Of a stretch of DNA of 61,787 bases, positions 24,695 to 36,842 are shown in pieces. The stretch covers positions 1 through 61,787 of the forward strand of contig MQRK01212633.1 in assembly GCA_001938485.1 (NCBI GenBank). Direction: 5' to 3'. Both the position numbers and the translations under genes were made by a program. How positions within the stretch are numbered: the first letter of the stretch is position 1; each line of letters starts with the position of its first letter. This DNA is from Girardia tigrina. Its lineage: Eukaryota. The notes under the pieces were generated by a model that saw only the letters and a program-made list of their open reading frames with translations, was not told the origin of the DNA and made no database searches.

Positions 24695-25110
24695 TTAACC
24701 CTTACTCATAATTTTTAAGATCTTTTTCGTATAGTATTGAGCAGTTAATATACCAGTGATGAAAGACCAGCCAAAGAATTTGGTGTCATGGCCATACATG
24801 TCTTTGGCTGTTACGGTGATCGCGTAACAACCGCGAGATGGACATAGAAAGCTTCCTTTTGCCTTCTGTACTCTGTGTGTTTCTTCAGCGGCCTCTTTAT
24901 TCTGGTTCCTCTGCATACCCACAGTTGCATCTGGCAACTGAGAATCAAATCGATTGTTTTGAGGATTGTCTTCTGTCAGTTCTTCAACATTGTTTCTTCT
25001 TTGGTGTATTGGCTCTTCTGGTTGCTCTTTGTGGTTCTTTTGAATATGTATCTTTAGCCACCCCACTCAGATGTATTCCTTTCTTCTCTCTTTTCGACTT
25101 TTGCGTTGAC
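24695..25110 (-). pseudogene. C2H2-like zinc-finger region, probably the N-terminus of an R2/NeSL-type non-LTR element
   Basis: KEYI*VGWLKIHIQKNH ... FLCPSRGCYAI...MYGH, separated by a low-complexity linker. Confidence 0.4.
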
Positions 25111-26492
25111 TTTCACTTAATAATTATTTAACACCTTAACGGTATCAAAAAAAGAATGTCTCTGTCTCAATCAACCAGAATTAAGTTTCAGAAGATTCTT
25201 TGGGTAACAAAATGAAACTTATTATTAAAATGTTTTGTAAAATAGAAATATCAGTTGAATCTTTAATCATATGAAAAAAATGTCTCTTTTCTCTTTAACA
25301 TATCGAACTAACGTTAAAGGTAATTATACTTCCCAATTAACGTTTACAAATATAGTTTTATTTTTTTATTTCTACGTAATAGTTCTTCATCTTCTTTTAT
25401 AAGAGGAAACTATATTAATTATTTGTCTAATTATTTATTTGTTCATTTTGATCATCATTTCATTTCGTTATTAATTAAGTTTCTTTCGTTCTTTATTCTT
25501 AGATAATGGGAAACGTTAACTTTTTGTCGCCTAATTAAAATATATTATTCAAATATTAAATATATCTTATTTGATACTTTTTAATTAAAGAAATATTTCA
25601 ATACAAATAAATAATATATTTATTTTTCTTCAAATAATGATATTATATTTTTTAAAGTTTTGGTTCCTTTTTTTAATTTTATTTTTTTAAAAGAAAATTA
25701 TTTGTTACAACGAATTTATTTTTATTAAAATTATATATATTAAACGAATTTAACAAAATTAAAAAATAATAAACTAATTTCTCTTTATTATATTAAATTA
25801 TATTTTCGCATTTTTTTGTAAAATATAATTTGAGCAAATAAGAAAATTTTATTCCTCCATCCAATTAAACAGAGAATTTTAATTACAATCAAAGAAATAT
25901 TTTAAAACTTTAATTAAAAAAGAGATTTTTTTCAGTTATGCTTAAATTATATTTGTTTTGAGAAAAAAATAATCTTTAACCAATATAATATTTCTTTTTT
26001 TAGACGAATATAATTAAACATTTACAAGTTAGTTAAATAATAATATTATAAAAGGGATTGATAATAATTATAAAATTAATAATAATTTTTTAAATTTAAA
26101 TATAATTATTTGTTTATATTTTCAACAATATTTTGATTTGAAATTCCAAATTTAATTTATTTCTGTTAATGTCAATTTTATTAAACCTCATCAGAAACTA
26201 AAGGAGTGACCCAGCTTTATTTGGTGTGTAATCTGTACATGGATAAAGATTGTTACAGATAAATAGTAATGATTTCCTTACAACAATTAATATTTTTTTA
26301 CTTAACCCGTTCTTTTAAAATACTTTCTAAATTGTATTATAAATAGTCATTGTGTACGATGTGAAAGGGTTGGTGGAATTTATGGACATAAAATTTATGT
26401 ATATATAAATATATCTTATTTATTCATGAATTTTGAATTCTTCAAATAAAAACCATATTAAAAACAAAATTCATCCAATAGAAAAATATATT

Positions 26493-26525
26493 TATGTATT
26501 TCGACGAATTAACCGCAACCTTCAG
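26493..26525 (-). ncRNA. Decayed hammerhead motif
   Basis: CTGAAGG T TGCGG-TTAAT-TCGTC GAAA TACA TA on the minus strand, downstream of the 26580-26800 GIY-YIG stub. Confidence 0.55.
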
Positions 26526-26579
26526 GTCACTGATTAATTATTTAATCAGCCAAAAATGATTATGTAATCGATTGCATGA

Positions 26580-26800
26580 AATCATGCTAATCAAAAATTC
26601 TCAATAAGCTGGTTGAGACTGCCGATTGAACATTGATTTTATGGCAACGTGACCTAATTAACAATGCTTCACACGACACTCCCAATAACTATCAAAATGC
26701 TTACAAAGAATCTAATCAATATTAATATAACAGTTACCTTTTTTCATATGTTCTGCATATGCTACTCATAATTTCTTTTCGACTATGTTTTTGGATTCAC
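26580..26800 (-). mobile_element. PLE GIY-YIG C-terminal remnant
   Basis: IQKHSRKEIMSS...EHMKK...ILCKHFDSYWE..CEALLIRSRCHKINVQSAVSTSLLR, with frameshifts. Confidence 0.75.
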
Positions 26801-26851
26801 ATGTTAATTATATTATGAATCAAATTATGAAGCTTATCAAAGATTATATCA

Positions 26852-26855
<4 letters not shown>

Positions 26856-26883
<28 letters not shown>

Positions 26884-26933
26884 NNNNNNNNNNNNNNNNN
26901 NNNNNNNNNNNNNNNNNNNNNNNNNNNNNNNNN

Positions 26934-26984
<51 letters not shown>
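26856..26984. repeat. (AT)n microsatellite spanning a gap
   Basis: Directly visible. Confidence 0.95.
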
Positions 26985-26987
<3 letters not shown>

Positions 26988-27069
26988 ATTCAATACACTT
27001 TTTAGAGAGTTATTAAAATTCTTCGTCAGCTAAGTTCTGGTAGTGCCTCTACTGTGAGTGTCGGTACAT

Positions 27070-27175
27070 TTTGGTTGATCAATGTCATTAAAACATGTCC
27101 TTTAAACTTCATTTTCATTTTTGGGAACAGTGCAAAGTTACGAAGTGCTAAATCTAGTGAATACGGCAAATTAAT
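27070..27175 (-). pseudogene. Mariner transposase C-terminal relic
   Basis: LPYSLDLALRNFALFPKMKMKFKGH resembles PPYSPDLAPxDFxLFPKLKxxLKG. Confidence 0.75.
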
Positions 27176-27601
27176 AAAGACTTAATGAAAAATTTTTAAT
27201 GCATTACCAAAAACAACTGATTTTAGCGAGATTAGGAAGTTTTTCGCTGCACGAACGATTTATTTGTGATTTTTAACTCTCATCTATATTTGCTGTTCTA
27301 ATAGTATAAAGGCATTCTCGTTCTTTCCTTTTGTTACAGCATCCAAGGTGCCATGAGCCTGTTTGGATGGTCTGAATTTAAACACATTTTAAAGGTTCGA
27401 ATTTCAATATATGTATGCATTCAATATATTTTCAAAAAATTTGTTCATCTGGATGTTTACTAAAATAAAATTCAACATTATAAAATAAAATTATAATGTA
27501 CAAAGGAACAAATGGTTTCCGACGCATATAAAAAGCACTGTATATTGTACTCAATGTTAATCGCACCATCATAAGAATTTTTAACAAAAGTTAAAGTCAA
27601 A

Positions 27602-28303
27602 GGAAAACTGATATGAATCTACATTTAACAATAAAAGTAACCTAATTACAGAAAGTATTAATAAATTGTGAACAATTTCTCTGTTAAAAGTAAGTAAAAG
27701 AAGTTGAAGAAATAGAACAAATTTTCCGAATGACACTTTCTGATATTAATTTAAAGTAATTACTTCATTAATTATATTTGGCTTTCCTTCCTAAATCTTA
27801 GAAAAGACTTGATATATAAAACAAATCTTTACCTTTCTTTGTAACCGCTTTTGTCTTTATTAATTTGAATGCCTTTTTATAATCTTTCCTCTCATTTTTG
27901 GTGATCTTCCGCTCACAGGATCTGATTTTTATTTTTTGGGTGACAAATATATCTTGATTTATTGTCATAAAAAAGTTAAGAGCTCCAAGAACCGTAAATC
28001 TTGGAAATTAGTTAGCTTCATGAGACAAAAATGCATTTAAATTTACAAAGTCAAAAGCAGTTACAAAAAACCAAAAATACGTTATACGTATCAAGTCTTT
28101 TCTTAGATTTCAAAAGGAAAGCCAAATTTAAGTAATGAATTAATTATTTTAAATTAATATCAGAAAGTGTCATTCAGAAAATTTGTTCTATTTCCTCAAC
28201 TTTTTTTGCTTATTTTTAACAGGGAAATTGTTCATAATTTTGCATAATACTTTCCGTAATTAGGTTACTTTTATTGTTTAATGTAGATTCGTATTAGTTT
28301 TCC
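27602..28303. repeat. Inverted repeat, arms about 215 bp
   Basis: 27602-27814 is the diverged reverse complement of 28089-28303. Confidence 0.9.
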
Positions 28304-29289
28304 ATGGACAGGAGAACTATGAGAACCACAGATCTTGAAATTAATTAGTGTCATGATTTATTGAAATCAAATGAACTCTTTCGTATATCTATAATGCTTA
28401 ATTTATGTCTTCCTCTTTTTTTAAAAAAATATGGTTAATAACCTCAAGGCAAAGATAACTAAACCCTTTCGCAGAAGAAAAAGGTTCAAATTGCAATTAA
28501 TAACAAGGCAGTCCACCTTACACTGCCACTTCACGAAGGTTGTTCATCACACTGTGAGCCAGAATTTTGTTTTTTAACAAACGTAATGAAATTTAACTTG
28601 GCTTCCTCTGTGATAAAACTCTTAAACTTTATCTAATTTTCGTATGATAAAGTTACTGAAATTAATAGTCTATAAGGGTTTTAGTTAAATGACTTTCAGA
28701 TGAATACATTTATAAAATAGTTTTCAGAATATTCTATAGAGAGATCATATAAATCTACCATCCACGAACACTTCTGGTTTAACTGTTACAAAAGCTTGGA
28801 ACTTAAAGTTGTTGCCACAAAAACGTTTTGTGAGTAACAAAAGTGTTAGGCTTACACAATGGAAGACGGTTTGTGTTGAACCTTGTCTCCTTATATAACT
28901 TAAGAGAATACCAAAGTAATAGTATAATTATAAGTTTTGATATTTCATTTCCCTTCTTGACTATTCTTTTCGCGGATTGATATCTGAGTAGTTATACTTC
29001 TCTCATATACAATAATTAGATATAAATAAAAACCAAACCTTTAAAACCTTTCATTAATGAGACCAAAAATATATAAGAAGTCGTTGCCGGTTTTAAAACT
29101 TTTTAATGTCATATTTTGTAACAATGTTAATAAAGATCTTCGTTTTGTCACACGCCAGTAAAATATTTTCATCAACTTTTCTTGTTTTATTTTGTTTTGT
29201 TTTCTAAGTTCGTAAATCCCGTGTATTCTTCTGAAACCTCTTGAATATATTTACATTAACTTTACATCAATAAAATATTTATATAATAT

Positions 29290-29489
29290 TGTGAGGAACA
29301 TTTTCAGGTGTTAAAAATTATTTTAGGATGGAGCGTCCTCTACTCTGGTGATTTATTCACATTTTAAATGTTAATTAACTAGTTTTAATTAAGTAATATT
29401 TAATAGAAAAATTATTTATTTAAGAAATATGTCTCCTTCTGTACGTATTCCTTTGAATCTTGTAATGATATTTCCTTGAATCATTAATA
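29290..29489 (+). repeat. Shortened, diverged TG...TA LTR copy
   Basis: TGTGAGGAACATTTT...ttttaggat...ctctactc...cattaata; flanks AATAT / AATGT. Confidence 0.45.
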
Positions 29490-30555
29490 AATGTGGTACA
29501 TTCAATCGGTGTCCGACCTGAAAAGGAAAACATCTGTTTTCATACATCTTTCTTAATTTTGGTTTTTCATATTTCTTTTGATTTACTTTATCAATCTATC
29601 GAAATATTTCAGCAAAATGTTTCCTCTTAGTCAAAGTTTCAGAGGTCGAATATTGTAGTATCAGCAAATGTTTATTGTGCTGAATAAAAATTTTCAGCAG
29701 GATTTTTGATCTTCTGCAGTCAAATTAAATGGAGGATGACCGATTGCAAACAATCGTTACCTATTGGGAAAGAGAGTTTGAAGGTAAATACTCAACTTTT
29801 TTTTAGAATCAAACTTCATGTTGTAAACATTAGGAGATGCACAAATCATTACGGAATTGATGGAAATTTAACTTAGACTCGATACCAAATCTATTTCTTT
29901 AGCATTAAACTACTTTGGAATGAGAAAAGGAATATTAAGATTTATGCCCCTCAAATGGAAAGTAAGCCTAATACCTCGGAATTTTGAACCTCAAGCTTAG
30001 ACTTTACTGTCAAATGTATTTATGAATAATAGAATCATACTCAGTATGTGCTTGTCTGAAACTAAATGTAAGTATGCAGATTAGAAACTATTTGGAGAGA
30101 AGCGGGCTTGGAAGATGCGAAATGGAAAATTCACAAACTGGAAAGATTGTTTTCAATTTTATTGAACTAAAAGGGTTTTCACAAGAATTTAGTGGATAAA
30201 GTTGACAAATTAGCTTTGTATATTAGAGAGAGTTTATTGCGATAAACAGACAAAATATATAAGACAGCTAGTAAATCTTCAAGACGGATGATTATGAATT
30301 ACCTTTCAAACCGTCCAGGCAAACATCTCAAAATCATTTTAAAAGAATTCCATGCAAAGATGACCTTCGGATCTCTGTGAAAGCTTTCTTCGTTGTTGGT
30401 CCTCCAGACGTCTTTAAACGAGCGTTTTCTGAGTTGGTTGCACGTTAGCAGAATTATGAGAGGAAGAATAATCGACTTTGAGAAATGATAGTTACATATG
30501 TTTGTGTTAGAAAATTACTTTTTGACTTGTATAGCATCCAAAATGAACTCTAAAG

Positions 30556-31979
30556 TAGCGATTCCCAACCTTTTTTGATCGCGGACCGGTAAAATTATAT
30601 TAATTTCTTTGCGGATCGGTCAGCATACATATTTAATATAATACTTGATGCATACTATATAGATATCATATATACATAAATTTAATAAATTTAACATAAA
30701 TTTTATTTAAAAATTGCAGTAGGACACAAAATAAAACACAATACAATCAGATCGATTCAATGTGAAATCTGCTGCTGCTTTTTATTTAAAATCTTCTCAA
30801 TGCACGACTGTAACGATGTTTCAGATGTCAAAAAAGTTCTCTCTAAGTTAAACAAAAATGATTTATGTTGAATTGATGTTAACAAGTCGTAGTTATATTA
30901 TCTATGAAAAATATAAACTGGCATTTAAAAAAAAAACAATTTGTTGGCGATGGTTTGATTGATATTGTTGAGTTCTTTCTTTTTGGTTTTGTATTGCCTT
31001 TTTTTGGATTCATATTCTTCCGTGGCTCGGAGTTGCTTCCAATGATCGGGGTCATCGTATTTTAGTTTGATTGGATAATTTTCAATGAGATCGCCGTTTT
31101 CACTTTTGATGTTAGTGGCTCTGAATGAAGGGGTAGTTGAGTCGGCTTTGGCAACAGCAATGGCACCGTGCTTAATCTTCATATCTTTGTAGAGATAAGG
31201 GATGTGGGATGATGTGGCTTGGATTTGTTTCCAGTCGAGTTTGTAAGTTTTGCCGGATGCATCGATGGAGCGGCCGAAGCCTTTTAATCTGTTGAAGAAA
31301 ATGACGGTGGATGTGATTTCACATTGTACGACTGTAATTGAGATATTGTCTTTTTGAGATGGAGCAGAGCAGCATTTACTTGAAGTCGGTTTCGATATTT
31401 GGTTTTAATAGCCGACATGGAAGAAAACGTTTTTTCGCAAAGTTATATTGTCGCAAAAGTAATCAAAAGCTTCATATCCTTTTCATTGAGCATTGGATAC
31501 TCTTCCCTTACAGAAATCCAGAACTGTGTCAAAGACATTGATTTAAAATTTGTTTCTAGGGTGCAGTCAGCCGACAATTCAATGAGATTTTCCTTCTCCT
31601 TTGGTGTAAGTTTCATGGAGTTAATGTGTGCTAAAGGATCTTTATCTTCAGGGTAATACTGGTCAAAGTATTTAACCAATGCCTGCAGATGCTGACTTAC
31701 TACACTGCAAATAACTGTTCGGTTCAAGTCAGTAGACATCAAATAGTCATCCAGAAGGGTAAACATCGGCAATTCCTTTTTTCGTTAAAAACTGCTTCCA
31801 CAATAACAGTTTATTTTTTAAAGCTTCCACCTTATTCCAAAGTGTGAAAATATTCGTCATCCTTCCTTGGAGAGACAAGTTGAAATTATTGAGAATTGAG
31901 AATTTTGCCAAATTAATATTTTGATGTAAAGTTCAAATTGTCAAAAATTTTTACACGGACCGGCGGTTGGGAATCGCTA
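30556..31979 (-). mobile_element. hAT (Buster/Charlie) non-autonomous deletion derivative
   Basis: Perfect 15-bp TIR TAGCGATTCCCAACC and perfect 8-bp TSD CTCTAAAG (central TA). Transposase C-terminus LNNFNLSLQG...LIELSAD...FWISVREEYP...FATI*LCEKTFSSMSAIKTKYRNRL (31360-31900) resumes as ETSLQ...QQQISH* (30757-30823). Confidence 0.95.
30925..31357 (-). pseudogene. Divergent cold-shock-domain-like ORF within a 531-bp insert (30828-31358) in the hAT element
   Basis: The frame is open well upstream of the track's ATG: EITSTVIFFNRLKGFGRSIDASGKTYKLDWKQIQATSSHIPYLYKDMKI...FRATNIKSENG, followed by a charged tail. Confidence 0.55.
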
Positions 31980-32024
31980 CTCTAAAGCATGATATTGTTA
32001 ATATCTGTAATGTATTATATTAAC

Positions 32025-32230
32025 CATTACCTCCCGATGATCTCAAACGGGATCACATAAAAATTAACAAATTTCATAAGTATATTTCCGTATAATTGAA
32101 GATCTTTAAAACTTATGAGGAAATCAGACAATTATAACTAATAGATGAAGGTTAAATATTTATATATACAGACAGATAATTACGGAATCTTCTAAATTTT
32201 ATGTGATCTCATATGAGATCACAGGAAATT
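32025..32230. mobile_element. Small MITE, possibly piggyBac-derived
   Basis: TTAA|CC start; tgatctcaaacgggatcacataaaa is inverse to ttttatgtgatctcatatgagatca. Confidence 0.55.
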
Positions 32231-35200
32231 ATTTTTAAGGCTTATACTCAAATATTTTAGATATGAGTTAATTAAAGGATTTTTTTCTTACCACTAAATC
32301 GTTTCGACGTCAGATACGATTATTTATTTATTTATTTTAATTCTCAAGATTTATGAAATTATATCCTTTCAGACTTGTTTGGATCCGATCTGATTTTGGA
32401 GTAGATTATAAAAAGACTTTGATCCTTTTTGTAATACGTTTTAATGCAAATAATAGTCAGATAATTAATAGTCGTGAGTCTTATACAGGTTTGATTATAT
32501 AAATTATTTTTTATATCATTGCTCTTTTTAATAGGTATATTTTTTGGAAATATGATAGCAATTTTTATGCATCAGATCATACAATGACCTTTTCATGCAA
32601 ATATAACACTCCAACCTCCTTGCTTACTAACTTTTAAACCTTTAAATTAAGTTCATTTAAAACTTTAAATGCTGGGGAGATTTAATAAGTTTTACCTATG
32701 GGATCAACTGGTTTTAATTTGGAAAATGTTTGAGACACTTTTTTTATGATTATTCCTTTATAAGATGCAAAATAAAGTACAAAACGTTTGCTGGGAAGAG
32801 CGTGCAACTCCCAACAAGTAAATAAAAATGACTACCCGGCAAAATGCAGCAGTTATAAAGCACTTCGCGCTTTTGCTAATAATTTTATTTCCGATTTTCA
32901 TAAGTTGAATGGATAAGTAAATTAAATAGAAAAACAATAATTTTCAATAAAAACATATTTCTATCAATTTTTTTTCGGTTTTCCTTTCATCTTAAAGACA
33001 AATACCAAATAGAAATAAAGATATTTATACGAAAAAAATGGGAAAAAAAGATAACTCATTTTGTCAATATTCACTGTCTATAAAAGGAATAGTATAATTT
33101 GTAGTTCAAATTGCCTGCGACTCAAGCAACACTTCATCAGCTGACATCTCTCCCTCCAGGGATGCCCAAAGCTGCTGTGATCTAAAAAAAGAGAAGCGAA
33201 TTTCGTGGAAACTGTAATAACCAACTCTCGGGGAAATGGACTGACAATACAGCCAATTCCAGCGTACTAAGCGGCCACAGTTAATTGATATATAATATTC
33301 AAACCTCCCCCCAATCCATCGCTCTCAATTCAATTTGCATTTTGTTAATTTTTTATATTGAATTTATCATTAAAAAGAATGGTGATTAAAACCAATTTTA
33401 TTAAATAAAGTTTTTCACTACAATGATTTTTATTCAAGAAAATAAAAACGAAAAAAAAATCGGGTTTTTATTAATAAAATAAATATTTTGTTTTTAAATG
33501 CTATTATTTTTTTTTTAATATTTTTTTTAAAAATATTTTCTGTAAATAATAAAAAATTTGAAAAAAATATGAAATAAATATATCAAATATAATAATAAAA
33601 AATATTAATCCGTTTATTATTATTATTTTTATTTTTATTATTATTATTATTGGGAGAAATAATTCCTGCAACTCCAATTTCCCTAGTTACAGAAAAAAAA
33701 TAAATGATAATTTAAATTAAAATTTTAACCAATTAAAATTCAATTAAATTCCAACCAATAGAAATCGTCGATAAATGAAATTCTAATGAGACCGGCTAAT
33801 GTTAACTTATTCTTGTTTTAATTGTTAGCCTAATTTTAAAGTAGGCTTTTAAAAAAAATATTCATTCATTTTAATATAGTTTTGAGCCAACCATCTTTCA
33901 AGGTCAATTCTTAACAAAAAAACAAGAAAAAAATTAAAAAATAAGTATTCATTTATGGAAGATCTATTTTTGGAATATAAACGTTAAAACAAATTTAATT
34001 TACATCGACTTAAACATGGATTTATGCATATAAATAGCATTTTAACATTGTTTTTTTATGTAGAATGCTTCATTTAAACTATTTTTCATAACACTGTTCA
34101 TTCAAACAAACTTTCAATGCATCATCATCTAACACTTACATTTCTGTTGGGTTTCGGTAAGTCGATTTTCTTTTATTTTTATTAATAATAAATATAAATA
34201 AAATGATAGAAAAATAAATATAATAATAATTTTATTTATATTTTGATTAAAATATAAAAAAGATAACTTTATCATTGAAATAAACGAATATTATATACAT
34301 ATATAATAAAAAATATTATAAAAATAAAATTATTTTCTCTTTTTAATGATTTTCAAAAAGCTAATTTCTTTAATTTTATTGCCAATAAAAGCCAACATCC
34401 GGCCGTATAGCTTTCGTCAACAATAATAAAAATAAATCGGTAAAAAACCATATTTAACAAAGTCACAGGTAAATATTAAATTTTTAATGAAATTTTGTAA
34501 ATTAATTTCTTTATTTTTGTATATATTTATATATAATTTTTTTCTAAATTCAAGGACCGATTTCGGACTAAATGATTTCTTTCAAATTAAAATTTAAAGT
34601 AATAATTTTATTTATTATTATTTTTATTTTTTTAAAATATAATTAATTTAATGCGATTTATGTTTAATCTTGAAAAAAATAAAAATGTTGAAAAAATAGA
34701 AAATAGAAAAATATTTTTTTAAATTACTTTTATTAATATATATATACTAAGCATGTAATAATATTTATTTTACTTTTAAAATATAATATTTTTACTAGTA
34801 GTATTATATTATTAAAATTAAAAAAAATTAAGCATACCAATAAATAATAAAAGAAAATCAAACAATTAAAATAAAATTTAATATTAATTTGTCTATTACA
34901 TAATTTATAGAAAAAAAGGAAAATCCTTTTCCTGTTTCCCATCTGAAGCATCTTTATAAAACCAAGAGTCATTGAAAATATCCATTACTTCACAATATTA
35001 TTTCCAGTTCTCAAATAGGAAGGAAAATTGAATTAAAGAAAAATCATTTGCGAAAATATTTTTTTTCCAATTTTTATAAAATAATATTAATTAAACTAGA
35101 TATAAATTAGATATATTGTTGGAATTTTAGGATTTTGAAACCGTTTTATTGAAGCTTTTTACTTATATAATATAAAATATTTACTAATTTATATATATGT

Positions 35201-35479
35201 ATATATTATTAATATCTGACATCTGAAATCATTAATAACCAAAAACATCCATGATAAAAACGTAAACTAGAAATAAAAAATTAAAGCATGTTGTTTAATT
35301 TATAAAATGAGTGATTTTTTAAAGAGCCTTCAAGAAACAAATGTAGAATTATTGCACTGTTAGCAAAATGTTTAACTAGGGTGGATCTAGGACAAAAAAC
35401 TCCTGGACATGTACGCCTCGACAAAAAGCCTACTTTTTTCTAGATTTTTTATGTACGATGTAACATTATTAGTGAAAGT

Positions 35480-35590
35480 ATATTTTAAACTGTTTGAATA
35501 TGTGAATGTATTGATGCTGTATGTTGATTTGAATATGTTGATCTTAGAATGGTGATTCTCCCACCAAGAGGGAAATTGGTATTTTTTGAT
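35480..35590 (+). repeat. LTR fragment (same subfamily as 4339)
   Basis: tgtttgaat.tgtgaatgtattgatgctgtatgttgattt...cttagaatggtgattctcc...ggaaattggtatttttt. Confidence 0.75.
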
Positions 35591-35733
35591 AAGTTTATAT
35601 TTGTAAAATTGACAATTAAAATTAAGTTAAATATTTAAAAAAAATAAAAGCATTTAATTTTATTTAAATTAAATTCATTTAAAAATTTTATAAATTTTTC
35701 ATTATTTTTATTTTAAATTTTTATTCATACTAT

Positions 35734-36159
35734 TATTAAGAACATCAATTTGACTTTTCATATTTTTATTTACACAACAATTCGGATTGTCCTTAAGACA
35801 ATCTTTGTCAAAGCTTTCGTACGAGTGCATTCTAAACTAAATTGATTAATTAATTAATTCTTATTATTTTTAGCAAAAAGGAGACATAAATAATTTATTA
35901 AAATATTTACTCAAAACTTATTCGATAGAAATTAAAATGATTATTAATTATTTTGATTTATTTATTAAAAATTGTAAAAATTAATTAACTTATTTAAAAT
36001 TGTACCATTATTTGAATTTAAAAATAAATTTAAATATTACATATTTTTAGATAATAAGAATTAAAATATTAATCATCCATCTGGGTAGGAGAGACACATT
36101 TCCAAATCAACATACAACATTCGGACACAAAACATCAAACATTCAAAATATTCCTCACA
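35734..36159 (-). mobile_element. Solo LTR (426 bp, TG...TA)
   Basis: Minus strand TGTGAGGAA...TTCTTAATA with perfect TSD ACTAT (35729-33 / 36160-64). Confidence 0.9.
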
Positions 36160-36224
36160 ACTATTATTTTTAAATAATGTTTTTAGAAATTTTAAAAAGA
36201 TTTAGAAAAATTGCTCGAATAATC

Positions 36225-36355
36225 ATAATTAAAGATAGAAATAAGAAAACCAATTAGAACGATGACAAACGGTGAAAGATCTTCCGAGAGTTACAATGAC
36301 TCTAAATGTGTTAATAATAAAAATTTTAATGAAAATTGTCTCCATGTTCTTAAAA
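36225..36355 (+). repeat. LTR 3' fragment (same family)
   Basis: agaacgatgac...tgttcttaa. Confidence 0.5.
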
Positions 36356-36755
36356 ATTAGAAAAATCTTTAAAAATACGTTTTACTTCAAATGTCGTCTA
36401 AATATCGTAAAATTGGCGCGATAAAGACATATTTTTAATACACAAAACAAGGCAGTTTAAAAATATATTTTCAAAAATCTTGTAAATTTAAAAAGAATTA
36501 AAATTTATGTCTTCTAAATAACATGATTAAAATAATAATTATCACAATTAATTATTCATAAATTTAAAAATAAATATAACACATGATACTTATAACAAAT
36601 ATTAAAATTAAACTTCGTTGATAAAACTTGAGGGAAGGTTCAACGATCATTTCCATGGTTCAGATGCAAAGAAATTAAATAGAAATGGTGTACGTGATCA
36701 TACCTTTGAGATTTTAATTAATTAATTAAATTAATTGTTTCGTGTGAATAAATAT

Positions 36756-36842
36756 TTTGATAACAATTTGGACCTTATTATTAAAATCATTCTGATCCGA
36801 TATGTCGGAGTCGGCAAAATGAGCGTTGTTAGACGTTGTTGG
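36756..36842 (+). pseudogene. Rab-family small GTPase N-terminal (P-loop) relic
   Basis: NLDLIIKIILIRYVGVGKMSVVRRC resembles DYLFKIILIGDxGVGKTSVVxRF; P-loop G, D and T are mutated. Confidence 0.6.

Noticed and set aside
33100-33155. CTGATGA on the minus strand in a GC-richer island
   Set aside because: No GAAA after a stem II; not a hammerhead.
34064-34162. Exon-like segment AG...GTAAGT
   Set aside because: Stops in all three frames; no gene model.
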